Part shown: piece by piece, positions 37,322 to 38,505 of the stretch
How positions within the stretch are numbered: position 1 is the first letter of the stretch
Layout of the letters: each line of letters starts with the position of its first letter
Assembly (NCBI GenBank): GCA_016839705.1
Contig: JAEOTR010000038.1
Coordinates: forward strand, 1 to 38,505
Length of the DNA stretch: 38,505 nucleotides
DNA from: Promethearchaeota archaeon
GTDB taxonomy: Archaea > Asgardarchaeota > Lokiarchaeia > Sigyniarchaeales > SOKP01
Direction of reading: 5' to 3'
Program-made: the position numbers and the translations under genes
The notes under the pieces: model-generated
Told to the model about the DNA's origin: nothing
What the model saw: the letters and a program-made list of their open reading frames with translations, nothing else
The model's database searches: none

Positions 37322-38350
37322 ATGACTGTAAATTTCTTAGATTTAGTACATATTGAAATATCTGTTCCAGACGCAGAAAAAGCATATCAAATCCTACATA
37401 ATGTGTTTGGGGTAGAAAAGGTTCAAGAAGAATTTGCTAATTTTTTAGATGGCGAATATAATAAAGTAATCCATGTCGGACTCGGAGATGTGGTTCTGCA
37501 GTTTATAGAGCCTAAGGTTGTGGGAAGTTCTTGGGATAATCAACTAAAAACTAAAGGCCCTGGAATCCATAACTTAACTTTTGGCGTAGAGGATGCCGAA
37601 GAAGCAGCGGAGGAAATGGAAAGATTAGGTGGCATTAAACCTCTTTTTACATTTGATTTAGAATGGGGAAACATGATCCCTTCTGAAGTCTTAAATCCTA
37701 AAGCGGGGAAAGTATTTATGATGGACTCGATGGAAAAACTTGGGTTTAATTTAGAATTTGGGGATAATCCACTTAAAGAGGAAGCAAGGTCTATGATGCC
37801 TCAAACGCGCTATGCTACAGGGCGGGATGAATTAATTGGTAGTGTATCTCCAATGATGCATATTGAATTGGTTACTCCTGATATTGAGAAGACATATGAG
37901 TTCCTTCACACTGTCTTTGGATCTGAAAAAGTAGAAATTGAGTTTGCAAATTTTTTAGATGCTCCGAATTTTATGAGAACGATTCATGTAAATTTAAGTA
38001 ATGTTGTACTGCAATATCAGCAACCTTTGGTTGAAATCAAAAACTTTCCGATGGGAAGTTGGTATGATCTCTTAAAGAAAAATGGGGCTTATGTGCACAA
38101 CATCACATTTGTTGTAAATGATCTTGATGATGTTGTTGAAAAATTCAAGAATGAGGGAATTGAGCCTCTTTTCACCTTTCCTCTTCAATGGGAGAAGCTT
38201 AATGAGAAGATAAAATCTGAGATAAAACCAGTTCACATGATGAATACAATGGAAAAACTAGGTTTTCATATGGAATTTGGTGAAATTCCATCAGAGGAGG
38301 AACTTAAAGTTTTTTCAGATCTCTTATATATCGATCTAAACCAAAAATAA
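37322..38350 (+). CDS. Tandem-duplicated VOC (glyoxalase / methylmalonyl-CoA epimerase-like) protein
   Basis: Two repeats, each with H/Q/H/E ligands: HIEISV..LQFIEP..GIHNLTF..LEFG and HIELVT..LQYQQP..VHNITF..MEFG. Confidence 0.88.
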   Translation: MTVNFLDLVHIEISVPDAEKAYQILHNVFGVEKVQEEFANFLDGEYNKVIHVGLGDVVLQFIEPKVVGSSWDNQLKTKGPGIHNLTFGVEDAEEAAEEMERLGGIKPLFTFDLEWGNMIPSEVLNPKAGKVFMMDSMEKLGFNLEFGDNPLKEEARSMMPQTRYATGRDELIGSVSPMMHIELVTPDIEKTYEFLHTVFGSEKVEIEFANFLDAPNFMRTIHVNLSNVVLQYQQPLVEIKNFPMGSWYDLLKKNGAYVHNITFVVNDLDDVVEKFKNEGIEPLFTFPLQWEKLNEKIKSEIKPVHMMNTMEKLGFHMEFGEIPSEEELKVFSDLLYIDLNQK

Positions 38351-38378
38351 TATAAACTAATAGAAGTGATATTATAAA

Positions 38379-38505
38379 ATGATGTTTCAAACATTTGAAG
38401 AGATAATGTGGTTACTGATATTATATTTGATATTCTTAGTTCTTATGGCAATTTTCCTGTCTATTGCTCTGAGCTTTTTCAAAAAAGCAAAACATACAAA
38501 TTTTG
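38379..38505 (+). CDS. 5' part of a membrane protein, truncated by the window edge
   Basis: Open frame from ATG 38379: MMFQTFEEIMWLLILYLIFLVLMAIFLSIALSFFKKAKHTNF, no stop before the end. Confidence 0.65.
   Translation, partial: MMFQTFEEIMWLLILYLIFLVLMAIFLSIALSFFKKAKHTNF

Noticed and set aside
1-38505. CRISPR array, tRNA/rRNA, transposase, integrase or prophage
   Set aside because: No regularly spaced repeats, no extended GC-rich structural RNA segments and no recombinase or transposase motifs were seen by eye.

Overview
An AT-rich, gene-dense archaeal chromosomal segment. Gene content points to Asgard archaea, most likely Lokiarchaeia/Promethearchaeota (inference): expanded acyl-CoA enzymes, a membrane protein with a cytoplasmic longin-like 'DPxLISGFLxAIxxF' domain, a V4R/Bet3-like protein, GGTGA-type ribosome-binding sites and oligo-T terminators. 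Two kinds of genes are interleaved. (i) Acyl-CoA/fatty-acid metabolism: four nitronate-monooxygenase/FabK-like flavoproteins, two hot-dog thioesterases, two crotonases, an IVD-type acyl-CoA dehydrogenase with a MaoC dehydratase, a two-subunit CoA-transferase and a duplicated VOC/epimerase. (ii) Cell-surface and membrane proteins. The standout is a 2009-aa alpha-2-macroglobulin/thioester-containing protein (4965-10994). It has an intact GCIEQ thioester motif, an aromatic bait region, a signal peptide and a C-terminal transmembrane anchor. It lies directly downstream of a membrane-tethered winged-helix regulator, with a palindromic operator-like site between them: a candidate regulated cell-surface protease-trap system. 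Also found outside the ORF track: a truncated serine hydrolase at the left edge, a recently broken DUF4184-like gene, two candidate leader RNA hairpins, and a ~75%-identical 130-bp repeat pair flanking a three-gene block. I saw no rRNA, tRNA, CRISPR array or transposase. All family calls come from motif recognition by eye, not database searches.
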